The translations under genes were made by a program, and so were the position numbers. From the NCBI GenBank assembly GCA_964519145.1, contig CAZFHL010000001.1:682-64681 (forward strand): a DNA stretch of 64,000 nucleotides. Reading direction: 5' to 3'. The DNA is from an uncultured Candidatus Saccharibacteria bacterium (GTDB lineage: Bacteria; Patescibacteriota; Minisyncoccia; Phycocordibacterales; WO2-35-19). A model generated the notes under the pieces. That model worked only from the letters and a program-made list of their open reading frames with translations, ran no database searches and was not told the DNA's origin. Position 1 is the stretch's first letter, and each line of letters begins with the position of its first letter. This document shows, in pieces, positions 9,868 through 20,783 of the stretch.

Positions 9868-9997
9868 ATAAGAATCAATATTTTTTACACTATAAATCAA
9901 TATTATATAGTTGTCTATGCTTTTTTACACAGGTTTTTATGCTCTAAATTTTCGGCTGATGTGATATTCTCTATATAAAGATTTAATAAATTGATTT

Positions 9998-11677
9998 ATG
10001 AAAAACAATAATCACAAATATATTTTTGTTGTTGGTGGGGTAATGTCTGGTGTTGGTAAAGGGGTGACTACTTCTTCTATTGGAAGGATTTTAAAATCTA
10101 AAGGTTTTAATGTATCTCTTATAAAAGCTGATCCGTATTTAAATGTAGATGCTGGGACAATGAATCCGACTGAACATGGGGAAGTTTTTGTATTGGATTC
10201 TGGACTAGAAACAGATCAAGATATGGGAAATTATGAAAGATTTTTAAATCAATCTCTACCTTCTGAAAATTATATGACCAATGGTATGGTCTTTAAATAT
10301 GTCATAGATAAAGAAAGAGCGCTCGGTTATAAAGGCAAGTGTGTTGAGCCGGTTTATCATATAACAGAAGAGATTTTAAGGAGGATTAAAAAATCTATTG
10401 AAAAAACAGATTCTGAAATTACTATATTTGAAATAGGGGGCACTATTGGTGAGTATCAAAATGCCATCTTTTTAGAAGCAGCTAGGATGCTTAAGCTCAA
10501 ACATCCAAAAGATGTGATGTTTGTTATGGTTTCCTATTTGCCAGTTCCGGGGAAAATAGGTGAGATGAAAACAAAACCAACTCAAAATGCAGTGAGACAA
10601 CTTAATTCTTATGGAATAAATGCAGATATGATTATTGCAAGAAGTGAGATTCCGCTTGATCACAAAAGAAAAGAAAAAATCGCACTCTCTACCGGTGTAC
10701 CAGTCGACAATGTCATTTCAGCACCAGATATAGAAAGTATTTATGATGTACCGATAAATTTTGAAAAAGATGGTCTCTCAGATAGAGTTTTGGAATATTT
10801 TGATTTAAAACCAAGACAAAAAGATTTGGTTGAGTGGAGGGCGATGGTGGCCAAGAGAAAAAATACAAAGAAAAATATTAAAATAGCAGTTGTGGGAAAA
10901 TATTTTGATACAGGAGATTTTGTTCTTTCAGATGCATATATTTCTGTCATTGAAGCTATAAAATTTTCTAGTTTTTCACAAGGAGCTAAACCAGAGTTGA
11001 CTTGGATAAATAGTAAAGATTATGAACTTAATCCAAAAAAAGTATCAGAACTTAAAAATTTTGATGGGGTCATTGTTCCGGGGGGGTTTGGTCAGAGTGG
11101 TATAGAAGGTATTATAATGGCTATAAAATTTGTAAGAGAAAATAAAATTCCATATTTAGGGATTTGTTATGGTATGCAACTTGCTGTTATTGAATATTGT
11201 AGAAATGTTTTAGGACTCAAAGATGCTCACACCAGAGAAGTCAATTCAGAGTCTAAAAACTTGGTTATAGATGTGATGCCAGAGCAGAGAAAGAAAATAG
11301 AGATGGGGGAAATGGGAGGCTCTATGAGACTAGGGAGTTATGACGCTATCGTAAAAGTAGGAACGATAGCTGATTTATCTTATAAAAAATATTTAAAAGA
11401 TGAATATAAAGTAAAAGGGATATTTGGAAATATATCTGAAAGACATAGGCACAGATATGAGGTCAATCCTGAATACATAAAACAAATAGAGAGCGCTGGA
11501 ATGGTTTTTTCTGCTGTATCACCAAAAGGGGATTTAATGGAGATTGCAGAGCTTCCAAAAAAAGCCCATTCATTTTTCCTTGGTTGTCAATTCCACCCAG
11601 AGCTAAAAGCAAGGCCACTCTCTCCACACCCACTTTTCTCTGGATTTGTGGAAGCGATATTGAAGTTAAAGAAATAA
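9998..11677 (+). CDS. pyrG: CTP synthase
   Basis: GGVMSGVGKG, DPYLNVDAGTMNPTEHGEV, GICYGMQ, ERHRHRYE, QFHPE. Confidence 0.98.
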   Translation: MKNNNHKYIFVVGGVMSGVGKGVTTSSIGRILKSKGFNVSLIKADPYLNVDAGTMNPTEHGEVFVLDSGLETDQDMGNYERFLNQSLPSENYMTNGMVFKYVIDKERALGYKGKCVEPVYHITEEILRRIKKSIEKTDSEITIFEIGGTIGEYQNAIFLEAARMLKLKHPKDVMFVMVSYLPVPGKIGEMKTKPTQNAVRQLNSYGINADMIIARSEIPLDHKRKEKIALSTGVPVDNVISAPDIESIYDVPINFEKDGLSDRVLEYFDLKPRQKDLVEWRAMVAKRKNTKKNIKIAVVGKYFDTGDFVLSDAYISVIEAIKFSSFSQGAKPELTWINSKDYELNPKKVSELKNFDGVIVPGGFGQSGIEGIIMAIKFVRENKIPYLGICYGMQLAVIEYCRNVLGLKDAHTREVNSESKNLVIDVMPEQRKKIEMGEMGGSMRLGSYDAIVKVGTIADLSYKKYLKDEYKVKGIFGNISERHRHRYEVNPEYIKQIESAGMVFSAVSPKGDLMEIAELPKKAHSFFLGCQFHPELKARPLSPHPLFSGFVEAILKLKK

Positions 11678-11727
11678 AACTTTATTTCACTAATTGTTTT
11701 ATATTTGTTATTGTTAGATCGTAATTT

Positions 11728-11798
11728 TGCGAGGTCTGCTAATGGTAGGCAAACGCTCTCTGAAAGCGTGAATCTTGGTTCGATCCCAAGCCTCGCAG
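11728..11798 (+). tRNA. tRNA-Gln (CTG)
   Basis: Acceptor TGCGAGG/CCTCGCA, anticodon arm ACGCT-CTCTGAA-AGCGT, GGTTCGATCCC. Confidence 0.93.
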
Positions 11799-11882
11799 CT
11801 AAATCTGGTGTATAAATTTATTTGGAAACTTATTTGATTTTTAATACATAATATGTAAAATATTTATCGGAAGGAGTTTACT

Positions 11883-12236
11883 ATGCTAGAAGTCGGAGAA
11901 AAAATTTCTGGAACTATTGTTCCGTTGTATGTTGCAACCAAAAATTCAGATTCCACCGAAGGTCGTGGCAAAACAATTGATCATTCTTATCATTTGACTG
12001 AGACAGGTGCAATTATTGCTTGTGAGGGTATTGGTGTTAGTGGCACATCTGGAAATGTTGTAAAGAGGATTGCTCTAAAGTTGGAGGACGGTAGATATTA
12101 TTTGTTTGCAAATGAAGGTTGCGATATTGATGTTGTATCAAACGAAAGAGAGTATGATGCCAGATCAATACTCAGAGATAGGGCAATGAAGAAATTAACT
12201 CCTGCTGAAATAGCTGCACTTACTTATCCCGTATAG
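11883..12236 (+). CDS. Hypothetical protein (phage-like)
   Basis: GAAGGAG RBS, own terminator; NSDSTEGRG and AMKKLTPAEIAAL motifs. Confidence 0.7.
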   Translation: MLEVGEKISGTIVPLYVATKNSDSTEGRGKTIDHSYHLTETGAIIACEGIGVSGTSGNVVKRIALKLEDGRYYLFANEGCDIDVVSNEREYDARSILRDRAMKKLTPAEIAALTYPV

Positions 12237-12384
12237 TTAATATTTTGATTTAAAAAATTCCAATGCAATTATGCATTGGAATTTTATTTTATATAGATAA
12301 TTGTTATGGGTTCAATCTATTGCTCATATAATATATTATGTTATTATCTTATGCGGATAGATCAGTTTAAGGAGTAAAATAGCT

Positions 12385-12678
12385 ATGTCGGTAAGGGTAA
12401 AGCTCATCAAATTTTTATTAAAGAGACAATTTCTTATTCTTAAAATATTGGCAAATAATAACCATAAAGAAATGTGTGGTCTTGATATTGTAAAAGAATC
12501 TAAAGGAAAATTAAGAAGAGCGAGTATTTATGTATATCTTCAAAATATGAAGGATGAAGGGTTGATTTATAGTAGAAAAGAGAGAATAAATGAAGAAAGG
12601 ATTGAAATTCCAAGGACATTTTATTCGATTACAGAAAAAGGCTACAAAAAACTTCTAGAGTTTAATAATTTAAAATAA
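12385..12678 (+). CDS. PadR-like winged-helix regulator
   Basis: ILKIL...SIYVYLQNMKDEGLI...RTFYSITEKG. Confidence 0.8.
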   Translation: MSVRVKLIKFLLKRQFLILKILANNNHKEMCGLDIVKESKGKLRRASIYVYLQNMKDEGLIYSRKERINEERIEIPRTFYSITEKGYKKLLEFNNLK

Positions 12679-12757
12679 AAATATTTTTTAAAAGATCTTT
12701 TTATTATTTATTTGATAAACATGCTGTAGTATTCTATATTTGTGATTGGAGGTCTCT

Positions 12758-12976
12758 ATGAGAGTATTAGAGAATAATAATTACATTGAGATTATTTGTG
12801 TCCGTTGTGGTTCAAAACTTGCAGTTAATGTCGAAGATATAAAATATCATGAAATACATCATCATTGTTCTGCAGAGTTTTATGTTTGCTGTGGAGCTTG
12901 TGGTAGGCGTACTGGTGTAGATTCTAGTCGTATTCCAAAAACTTGGATTAGAAAAATTATTTCTGATGATTTTTAA
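12758..12976 (+). CDS. Small Zn-ribbon protein
   Basis: GGAGG RBS before ATG 12758; CVRCG...CCGACG. Confidence 0.65.
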   Translation: MRVLENNNYIEIICVRCGSKLAVNVEDIKYHEIHHHCSAEFYVCCGACGRRTGVDSSRIPKTWIRKIISDDF

Positions 12977-13108
12977 ATTTAAAAAATTTCGGTACAATTG
13001 TGTACCGAAATTTTTATATATTTAAATTACCAATAATAATCTTTAGATAAAATATAAATTGATTTTTATAACTTCAAGTATTAACATCAAATTAGATTTG
13101 AGGAGCTT

Positions 13109-13735
13109 ATGTATAACACATTTGATATAGATTTTACAGGATATATTCTTCGTTATCCAGAAATAGCATCAATGTTGCTAGGAAATACAAGTGGAAAAAT
13201 CTGGATGATTGGCGGTGCAGTTGCAAAAATAATCCTTCATAAAATTGGTCATTCTGATTATCATCCTCCGTTTGATCCTTTCAATTTATACACTCTAGGA
13301 GATTTTCCTGCACGAGATTTTGATTTTATTGTAGAAGAAATCGACAACGATTTTATGGTGACTCGAGATTGGAAAAAGTCTGTTAATACATTTGGAGGTA
13401 TAAAACTTACCAAACAATCTCTTTTTGCAGATCCAAAAGCTGTTGTTGATATATGGAGACTCTGCGATCATGATGCGTGCAGGCGAAATGGGGCAGCACA
13501 TACAATAGGTAATGTTTTAAAACTTGCACCACTTTCAATTCAATCTATTGCAGTTGATTTAGAAGAAGGAAAAATCATGGGTAGAGTAGGGATAGATTCT
13601 ATAAAATCTAAAACAGTAAGAGTAAATAATAAAGAAGAATTTTTATATTATTGTAAAGTCTATAATAAAAATCCAAAATATTTTATTAAACAAAAAGCTT
13701 TAGAGTATGGTTTTACGCCAATTTATGATTATTAA
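13109..13735 (+). CDS. Nucleotidyltransferase-like protein (polyA polymerase/CCA head-like)
   Basis: IGGAV...RDFDF...NTFGG...VDIW motifs. Confidence 0.6.
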   Translation: MYNTFDIDFTGYILRYPEIASMLLGNTSGKIWMIGGAVAKIILHKIGHSDYHPPFDPFNLYTLGDFPARDFDFIVEEIDNDFMVTRDWKKSVNTFGGIKLTKQSLFADPKAVVDIWRLCDHDACRRNGAAHTIGNVLKLAPLSIQSIAVDLEEGKIMGRVGIDSIKSKTVRVNNKEEFLYYCKVYNKNPKYFIKQKALEYGFTPIYDY

Positions 13736-13857
13736 AAACCACTTTTTTTGTGAAGTGGTTTTTCGTTTAATATTTATATTAATTTATTTTTATAGTATAA
13801 AAATTGACTTTTTGGTAAAATAATTATATCTTTATATATAGAAGGAAGGAGCTTTAT

Positions 13858-14478
13858 ATGCTTGCAAAAATGGAATTTTTGAAGGCAGCGGAAAATAGGG
13901 AAACTTTTTTTAAGAGAATCTCTTATTTTTTTCCGAAGCTTGATTATCGTTATAAGGCTATTGAAAAAGCTTATAATTCAGCCAAAGATGCATTTCGTGG
14001 AACATTTAGAGATGATGGGGAAACAAGATATTTTGAACATATACGAGCTGTTACTTTAATTATCATTGATTATGTGAGAGTGAAGGATTATGAGGTCATA
14101 GTAGCAGCGCTTTTGCATGATATTGTTGAAGATGTCCCGTCTTGGACAATTGACAGAGTGCGAGCAGAATTTGGTGATAGAGTGGCTCTTCTTGTTGATT
14201 ATATGACAAAACAGCCAAAAGAGGCCTATTCCTCAAAAGAAGAAAGAGATTTGGCTTATCATTCTAGATTTTGTTTTGCTCCAAGAGAATTTTTCTTGAT
14301 CAAACTTCCTGATCGTCTTCACAATATGCTCACTTTGTGGAATTGTACTGATGAAAAAAAGAAAAGAAAGATTGAAGAGACTAAGAGATATTATCTTCCT
14401 TATGCAGAAGAACACTTTATTTTGTACCACGAGCTTCTAGAAGCAATTGAAGCTCTTGAAAGGAAAGAAACATCTTAA
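13858..14478 (+). CDS. HD-domain RelA/SpoT-type small alarmone hydrolase
   Basis: RYFEH, AALLHDIVED, IKLPDRLHN; no synthetase domain. Confidence 0.85.
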   Translation: MLAKMEFLKAAENRETFFKRISYFFPKLDYRYKAIEKAYNSAKDAFRGTFRDDGETRYFEHIRAVTLIIIDYVRVKDYEVIVAALLHDIVEDVPSWTIDRVRAEFGDRVALLVDYMTKQPKEAYSSKEERDLAYHSRFCFAPREFFLIKLPDRLHNMLTLWNCTDEKKKRKIEETKRYYLPYAEEHFILYHELLEAIEALERKETS

Positions 14479-14629
14479 TAATTAAAATAGACTACTTGGT
14501 TTAACCAGTAGTCTATTTTCATAAATTTTTATAATTATAATTATCTTATTAATATAATATTTCAACACTTTGCATATCATAAAATAAAAATAAATTTGCT
14601 TTATTTATTGAAATATTATAGTATCTATT

Positions 14630-14906
14630 TGGCGCCACTTCTAGCCTTATTGGGTTTAGTGGTTGGTGTCTTGTATGATGGTAGGGTAGAAAATTATCCC
14701 TTGCATTTAGATTGTTTTGGTAGGGGATTTAAACTATTCACTCATTGTGAAAAAACAATAGTTCTGGTGTTTAGTACTAGCATCGGAACGAAAAACGCTC
14801 TCCTTACTAAAAGGAACCTCAGGTTTGACTGTATCTAAGGTCAATCAGGAGCGTTAACTCCCCAGTGGAGACAGTCATAAGAGCCCCGCCAGTCGGGGCT
14901 CATTTT
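14630..14906 (+). ncRNA. Candidate structured non-coding RNA with terminator
   Basis: Successive hairpins, ending in GAGCCCCG-CCAGT-CGGGGCTC-ATTTT; GC higher than flanks. Confidence 0.35.
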
Positions 14907-14965
14907 ATTTATATTTTTTTATTAGATTTTTGAAAGATTGATATTTTTGTTATAATTTATATATT

Positions 14966-15742
14966 ATGGAAATTTGGCAAAGTTTTTTTCTCGGTATTGT
15001 TGAAGGTATAACAGAGTTTTTACCAATTTCTTCAACTGCGCATCTTATCTTATTTAGCAAAATTTTGAGAATTGAAGATTCAGATTTTGCAAAAAGTTTT
15101 GATATTATTATTCAATTCGGGGCAATTTTTGCTGTTATTTTTTTATATTATAAAAAGATATTAGATATAAATATTTGGAAAAAGATTTTAGTAGCTTTCT
15201 TGCCTACAGGTATAATTGGGCTTTTGACTTATAGATTTATTAAATCTTATTTTTTTAGCAATCATTTGTTTATAGCCTCCACCTTACTTATTGGAGGATT
15301 AATTTTAATCTTATTTGAAACTTATTATAGAAGGAAAAATATGATAGATAATCAATTTGATCTAAATAGTATTTCATATAAACAATCTTTTATAATTGGA
15401 ATCTTTCAATCTCTTGCTGTTATCCCTGGAGTTTCAAGATCTGCTTCTACAATTGTTGGGGGTTTGATTTTAGGACTCCCAAGAGTTTTGATTGTAGAAT
15501 TTTCTTTTTTATTAGCTATTCCAACCATACTGTCTGCTGTTGGACTCGATTTAATTAAAAATTATAAAATTTTTTCTACTGAACAAGTTTTTATATTGGT
15601 CTTAGGTTTTTTGTCTGCTTTTTTTACTTCAATTTTGTGTATTAACTTTTTATTAAAATTTATTAAGCAAAACGATTTTATTTATTTTGGTATATACAGA
15701 GTGGTTATCGGAATCTTATTTATTGTTTATATTATTTTTTAA
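14966..15742 (+). CDS. uppP: Undecaprenyl-diphosphate phosphatase
   Basis: GIVEGITEFLPISSTAH, IPGVSRS, EFSF. Confidence 0.96.
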   Translation: MEIWQSFFLGIVEGITEFLPISSTAHLILFSKILRIEDSDFAKSFDIIIQFGAIFAVIFLYYKKILDINIWKKILVAFLPTGIIGLLTYRFIKSYFFSNHLFIASTLLIGGLILILFETYYRRKNMIDNQFDLNSISYKQSFIIGIFQSLAVIPGVSRSASTIVGGLILGLPRVLIVEFSFLLAIPTILSAVGLDLIKNYKIFSTEQVFILVLGFLSAFFTSILCINFLLKFIKQNDFIYFGIYRVVIGILFIVYIIF

Positions 15743-16012
15743 ATATAGATATTAAGTCTCTTTTAAAAGTTTTCGCAAGTATAGTTTTGGATAGACTCGC
15801 GACAACTTTTGAAATGGGTCTATTGCTTTTTTTTATTAAAAATAATAAGATATCCCTGTTCATGAGACAAAGATGCTCCGGTAAGGTATCTCTTGTGGAT
15901 ACGGCTAGCGCCAAAATGCTAGCCGTTTTATGTTTTTGCCAAATAGATAATTGAATTATTAATATAATTTATGATATATTAAAAATATAGAAGTTAATTT
16001 TTGAAATATTAT

Positions 16013-17296
16013 ATGCAATACAAGATTAAGAAGATTATGGGCAGAGAAGTTTTAGATTCAAGAGGAAATCCAACAGTTGAAGTAGATTTGTGGTTAGCAA
16101 ATGGTTTTGGTAGAGCTTCTGTGCCGAGTGGCGCTTCTACGGGGAGTCACGAGGCATGTGAATTAAGAGATGGAGATAAAAAAAGATATTTAGGGAAAGG
16201 TGTATTGAAAGCTGTAGAGAATGTGAATAAACTCATATTTTCAAAAATAAAGGGTAAAAATTTCGATCAAGAATCTTTAGATGATTTTTTAATCAAACTT
16301 GATGGTACAAAAAATAAATCAAAATTAGGGGCAAATGCTATTTTGGCAGTTTCTATGGCTTTTGCAAAAGCTGTGGCAAATGAAGAAAAAATACCTTTAT
16401 ATAAATATTTTAAAAATATAAGCAAATCCGGAGCTTTAGCATTGCCTACCCCTCTTATGAATATTTTAAATGGTGGGGCTCATGCAAAAGGTAGTACAGA
16501 TGTTCAAGAATTTATGATTGTCCCTGTCGGAGCGAAGACTTTTAAAGAAGCTTTGAGGTGGGGAGCCGAAGTTTTTCATAGTTTAAAAAAAATATTATCT
16601 AACAAAGGTATGTCTACAACAGTTGGAGATGAAGGTGGGTTTGCTCCAAAACTAGGTAGTAATGAAGATGCACTTTCTTTGGTTGTTGAAGCTATAAAAA
16701 TGGCAGGATTTAAACCTGGTAAAGATATAAAGATTGCTCTCGATGTGGCTGCTACCGAATTTTATAAAGATGGTAAATATAATCTTGAAATAGAAGGCAA
16801 AAATTTGACAACAGATGAAATTATAAATCTCTATGCAGATTGGATTAAAAAATATCCAATAATATCTATTGAAGATGGTTTGGCAGAAGATGATTGGGAA
16901 GGTTATAAAAAATTTACATCAAAGTTTGGCAAGAAAATACAAATAGTGGGAGATGATTTGTTTGTGACAAATATAGAAAGACTTGATATGGGTATAAAAG
17001 AGAAAGCAGGAAATTCTATACTTATAAAATTAAATCAAATCGGTACTGTATCTGAAACAATTAAAGCTGTAAAAATGGCTCATAAAGCAGGTTTTAGTGC
17101 CATAATATCTCATAGATCAGGAGAAACTGAAGATTCTACAATCTCTGATTTGGCTGTTGGTCTTTCTTCTTTACAAATTAAAACTGGATCGATTTCAAGA
17201 AGCGATAGAATTGCAAAATATAATCAATTGTTGAGAATAGAAGAAGAACTTGGCTCAAAAGCTGTTTATAAAGGATTAGGAGCATTTAATATTTAA
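16013..17296 (+). CDS. eno: Enolase
   Basis: [33 protein letters not shown]; likely start ATG 16013. Confidence 0.98.
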   Translation: MQYKIKKIMGREVLDSRGNPTVEVDLWLANGFGRASVPSGASTGSHEACELRDGDKKRYLGKGVLKAVENVNKLIFSKIKGKNFDQESLDDFLIKLDGTKNKSKLGANAILAVSMAFAKAVANEEKIPLYKYFKNISKSGALALPTPLMNILNGGAHAKGSTDVQEFMIVPVGAKTFKEALRWGAEVFHSLKKILSNKGMSTTVGDEGGFAPKLGSNEDALSLVVEAIKMAGFKPGKDIKIALDVAATEFYKDGKYNLEIEGKNLTTDEIINLYADWIKKYPIISIEDGLAEDDWEGYKKFTSKFGKKIQIVGDDLFVTNIERLDMGIKEKAGNSILIKLNQIGTVSETIKAVKMAHKAGFSAIISHRSGETEDSTISDLAVGLSSLQIKTGSISRSDRIAKYNQLLRIEEELGSKAVYKGLGAFNI

Positions 17297-17325
17297 TTTA
17301 ATTAAGATTTAAAAATATAAAAAAT

Positions 17326-17943
17326 ATGATGGGAAAATTATTTTTAGTTAGACATGGAGAATCTGAATATAATAAATTAGGACTTTGGACAGGTCATACT
17401 GATGTCTCTTTGGCAGAAGCTGGATATGAAGAAGCTAGAAAAGCTGGAGAGGTTTTAAAAAATGAAAAAATAGATGTGGCTTATGTATCAGATTTAAAAA
17501 GAACTAAAGAAACTTTTGATGAAATTAAAAAAGTTTGTGGAAAGGATGATTTAGTTTGCCAAGCTGTTGCTTCATTGAAAGAAAGAGATTATGGTATCCA
17601 TACTGGTAAAAATAAATGGCAAGTAAAAGAAGATATTGGAGAAGAAGAATTTCAAAGAATACGAAGAGGTTGGGATGTAAAAATAGAAGGAGGAGAAACA
17701 CTTAAAGATGTTCATGATAGGGTGGTTCCGTACTATAAAGAAGCTATACTCAAAGATCTACAAGAAGGCAAAAATGTTTTGGTGGTTTCTCATGGAAATA
17801 CTTTAAGAGCTTTAATAAAATATCTTGAAAATATAGATGATGCAAAAATATGTGATGTAGAAATGGCTACAGGAGAAGTGCATTGTTGCACAATAGATGA
17901 AAATGGCAAGTCTACTTGCAGAGAAATACTTAAATCAATTTGA
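17326..17943 (+). CDS. gpmA: 2,3-bisphosphoglycerate-dependent phosphoglycerate mutase
   Basis: LVRHGES, ERDYG, SHGNTLRAL. Confidence 0.92.
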   Translation: MMGKLFLVRHGESEYNKLGLWTGHTDVSLAEAGYEEARKAGEVLKNEKIDVAYVSDLKRTKETFDEIKKVCGKDDLVCQAVASLKERDYGIHTGKNKWQVKEDIGEEEFQRIRRGWDVKIEGGETLKDVHDRVVPYYKEAILKDLQEGKNVLVVSHGNTLRALIKYLENIDDAKICDVEMATGEVHCCTIDENGKSTCREILKSI

Positions 17944-18032
17944 TTATCCACTATTTGCCATTGATATTATTTTTATGTAGTGTATAATACACTGTGGAGT
18001 AGTTCAAATTTTACTAAAGAAAAGGAGTTAGA

Positions 18033-18692
18033 ATGAAAGAAAATCTCGCGATTATCCTTTTTGGTCCTAATGGATGCGGAAAGGATACTCAGGCAAAGTT
18101 GCTTGAGGATCTCGGTTTTGTCCATATCAGTACAGGGCAAATTTGCAGGGAATCAAGAGATCCTCAAATACTCGAAACCATAGCAAAAGGTAAGCGTATT
18201 GATGATAGTAAAATGTTAAATTTACTAATCGAACATGAGAGCTTCAACGCCTCTCGTGTCATCATCAATGGGTTTCCTAGGACCAGGTTGCAAGTTGGTA
18301 TGTTGCACAAGGCTCTCAAGAGTAGAGAGATCTTATTTCTCCATCTCAAGACCACAAGAGAGATTGCAGAAATAAGAATTTCTAATAGGTTTAATGATAG
18401 TCAAAAATCTGGCAAAGTCAGGCCAGATGATGGTTTTTCAATTGCTAGAGAAAGATTGGACGACTATTTTAGAGATGAAAGCTTGATCTGTAGAAAAGCT
18501 AGAGAGCTTTGGCATTTTGCTACTGTTCCTAATGATGGCAAGATCAATGATGTCTTTGGTTTGATCAAAAATGCTTTGACTCATCATTTTAATTTAGACC
18601 TGAATCATCATCATGATATGAGTATATTTGAAACAGGCTTTGCGCTCACTCATTTGGCTCGTGTTCGTGATCCAATAAGTATTTTTCATTAA
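18033..18692 (+). CDS. Adenylate kinase-like NMP kinase (divergent)
   Basis: GPNGCGKDTQ, HISTG, GFPRT, RPDD. Confidence 0.75.
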   Translation: MKENLAIILFGPNGCGKDTQAKLLEDLGFVHISTGQICRESRDPQILETIAKGKRIDDSKMLNLLIEHESFNASRVIINGFPRTRLQVGMLHKALKSREILFLHLKTTREIAEIRISNRFNDSQKSGKVRPDDGFSIARERLDDYFRDESLICRKARELWHFATVPNDGKINDVFGLIKNALTHHFNLDLNHHHDMSIFETGFALTHLARVRDPISIFH

Positions 18693-18922
18693 CTTTTTCG
18701 TTTATTGATATTTTAGTTTGATTTTAAAGCCTCGTCTTGCACGAGGCTTTTTCTATTGTTATTTTAGTATATGATGTAGCTCAGAGTTTAATTCAGGATT
18801 ATGGTTTGCCAGAAAAGTTATTAGGAATTCAATTTCCAGAGAATAAATAAGAGGTGTTAGAAAATAAAAATAGTTTCGGGTGGCTTAATTCCAGGAATCT
18901 TTTATGTTAATATTTAAATAAT

Positions 18923-20584
18923 ATGGCTTATTTGCTATTTTCTGGTAGACATTTACTTAACACTGAATTTCAACGAAAATATTTGTTGGATATTTTACAA
19001 TTGCCAATTGGTAAAATGAAAACTTTAAATAAATTTGCTGGTAATGGTGATGATAAAATTGATCATATAATTTTTGCTGTAACATCAGCCAATCAAGAAA
19101 ATTCTAGGTATAATCCTGTACCATTTTATCTTCGGGCATTAGGTCTTGATAGATTTTCAAAAGAATATCGTGATTTATTAAATATAAAATTCGATATATT
19201 ACCAATACCACATTTTAATACAGCTCAAAATTTTCCGGAATTACTATTGAAAGAGATTTCTGAAAAAACAGAAGGACGCTTGATGTTAAATAATAAAAAT
19301 TCAATAGTACTATGTTCTACTCCTAGTTTGGTGGATATGTTTAAGGATCTAGATTTTGCAATTTTAACGTCTGAATATGATTTTGAAAGTAAAGTTGTTG
19401 TTGAGAAAATACCAATAGATTATATAAAATTATTGACTGAAATTGAAAATGGTTGGGAAAATGATGAAGAAATAAAGAATGGACTATCAAAAACCTCCAT
19501 TAGTTTGTGGCAAGACTTTCCTCAAATACCAAAAAAAATTTTAAGATTATGGAAAGACCCATTATTAAATGAAAAGGGAAGTATAACTGAAAATAGGGAT
19601 TACTCTACTTACTCCATTGGTATGGGACATAAAATTTTGCTCGAATCTAAATATAATGATATAAAAAATTTTATTGTTCCAGGGAAAATTGTAGATGAAG
19701 GTTGTGCTGATGGGGCATTAATGACTTTTCTTGCCAAGGATTTTCCAGATTCAGACATAATAGGAATAGAGATAACATCTGAGTTTATAGCGCGCTTTCT
19801 TGAGCGTCAAAGATTGCGAGAATTTGGGGATACTTTTGTTTTTATCCATCAGAGAAATTTGATGGATAAGATATTTGAAGATAACTCAATTGACACAACA
19901 ATATGTAATTCTACTACTCATGAAATATGGTCTTATGGTGAAGGTCGGAATTCTTTAGATAAATATTTGAGCATGAAATTTGCTCAACTTAGGAAAAATG
20001 GTCATATAATAATCCGTGATGTTGTTGGTCCTGAAAATAAAGATCAAGAAATTTATGTTGAATTAAATGATCGTGACGGATCAAATGATGATGTTATGAA
20101 AGAATGTAGTGATAGGGAAGAATTGCGCGATCATTTAGAAAATATCTCTACTTATTCAAAATTTTTGCGATTTGCTGATGATTATTTAAAAGATATGAGA
20201 AATAAAGGTCAAAGAAATGATGAAACCAAAATAAAATTTAGGGAAGAAATAGTAAATAACAAAAAATATATAATCACTAGTTTAAAAAATGCATCTGAAT
20301 TTATGACTAAAAAAGATTATACCAATAATTGGCAAAGTGAACTGAACGAAGAATTTGCTTTCTGGAGTTTTAGCGAATGGAAAGAAGGTCTGAGTAGAGC
20401 AGGTTTTAAGGTGATAGAAAATCCAAATATACCAGATGAATCATCAAGATCTTTTACAATACCATGGGTTATAGAAAATAGATTTAAAGGTAAGGTAAAA
20501 TTGTTTAATAAAAATGAAATGGGTGATTTGATTGAAATACCATATCCAGTCACCAATATGGTTTTAGTTGGCCAAAAATTGTAA
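18923..20584 (+). CDS. Class I SAM-dependent methyltransferase with an uncharacterised N-terminal domain
   Basis: IVDEGCADG, IIGIE, HEIWSY, IIIRD. Confidence 0.7.
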   Translation: MAYLLFSGRHLLNTEFQRKYLLDILQLPIGKMKTLNKFAGNGDDKIDHIIFAVTSANQENSRYNPVPFYLRALGLDRFSKEYRDLLNIKFDILPIPHFNTAQNFPELLLKEISEKTEGRLMLNNKNSIVLCSTPSLVDMFKDLDFAILTSEYDFESKVVVEKIPIDYIKLLTEIENGWENDEEIKNGLSKTSISLWQDFPQIPKKILRLWKDPLLNEKGSITENRDYSTYSIGMGHKILLESKYNDIKNFIVPGKIVDEGCADGALMTFLAKDFPDSDIIGIEITSEFIARFLERQRLREFGDTFVFIHQRNLMDKIFEDNSIDTTICNSTTHEIWSYGEGRNSLDKYLSMKFAQLRKNGHIIIRDVVGPENKDQEIYVELNDRDGSNDDVMKECSDREELRDHLENISTYSKFLRFADDYLKDMRNKGQRNDETKIKFREEIVNNKKYIITSLKNASEFMTKKDYTNNWQSELNEEFAFWSFSEWKEGLSRAGFKVIENPNIPDESSRSFTIPWVIENRFKGKVKLFNKNEMGDLIEIPYPVTNMVLVGQKL

Positions 20585-20783
20585 TAATAATTAATAAATC
20601 TATTACATAATATTTTCTTAACTATCGATATTGTTTGATGTGGATATTTTTTATCAATTACTATTTATTTAAAAATTGTGCTATTATGGATACAAGCGAT
20701 TTGTTTGGTCGCTTTTGTTTTTCAATATAATCGATAAAGCTATTGAATAATCTTAATTTTAAAATAATTTAAATAAAATATTT

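Noticed and set aside
11883-14520. Prophage
   Set aside because: Only small orphan cassettes; no structural, terminase or integrase genes.
15765-15930. Hairpins between uppP and eno as a riboswitch
   Set aside because: No recognisable aptamer consensus; can be explained by terminator-like hairpins.
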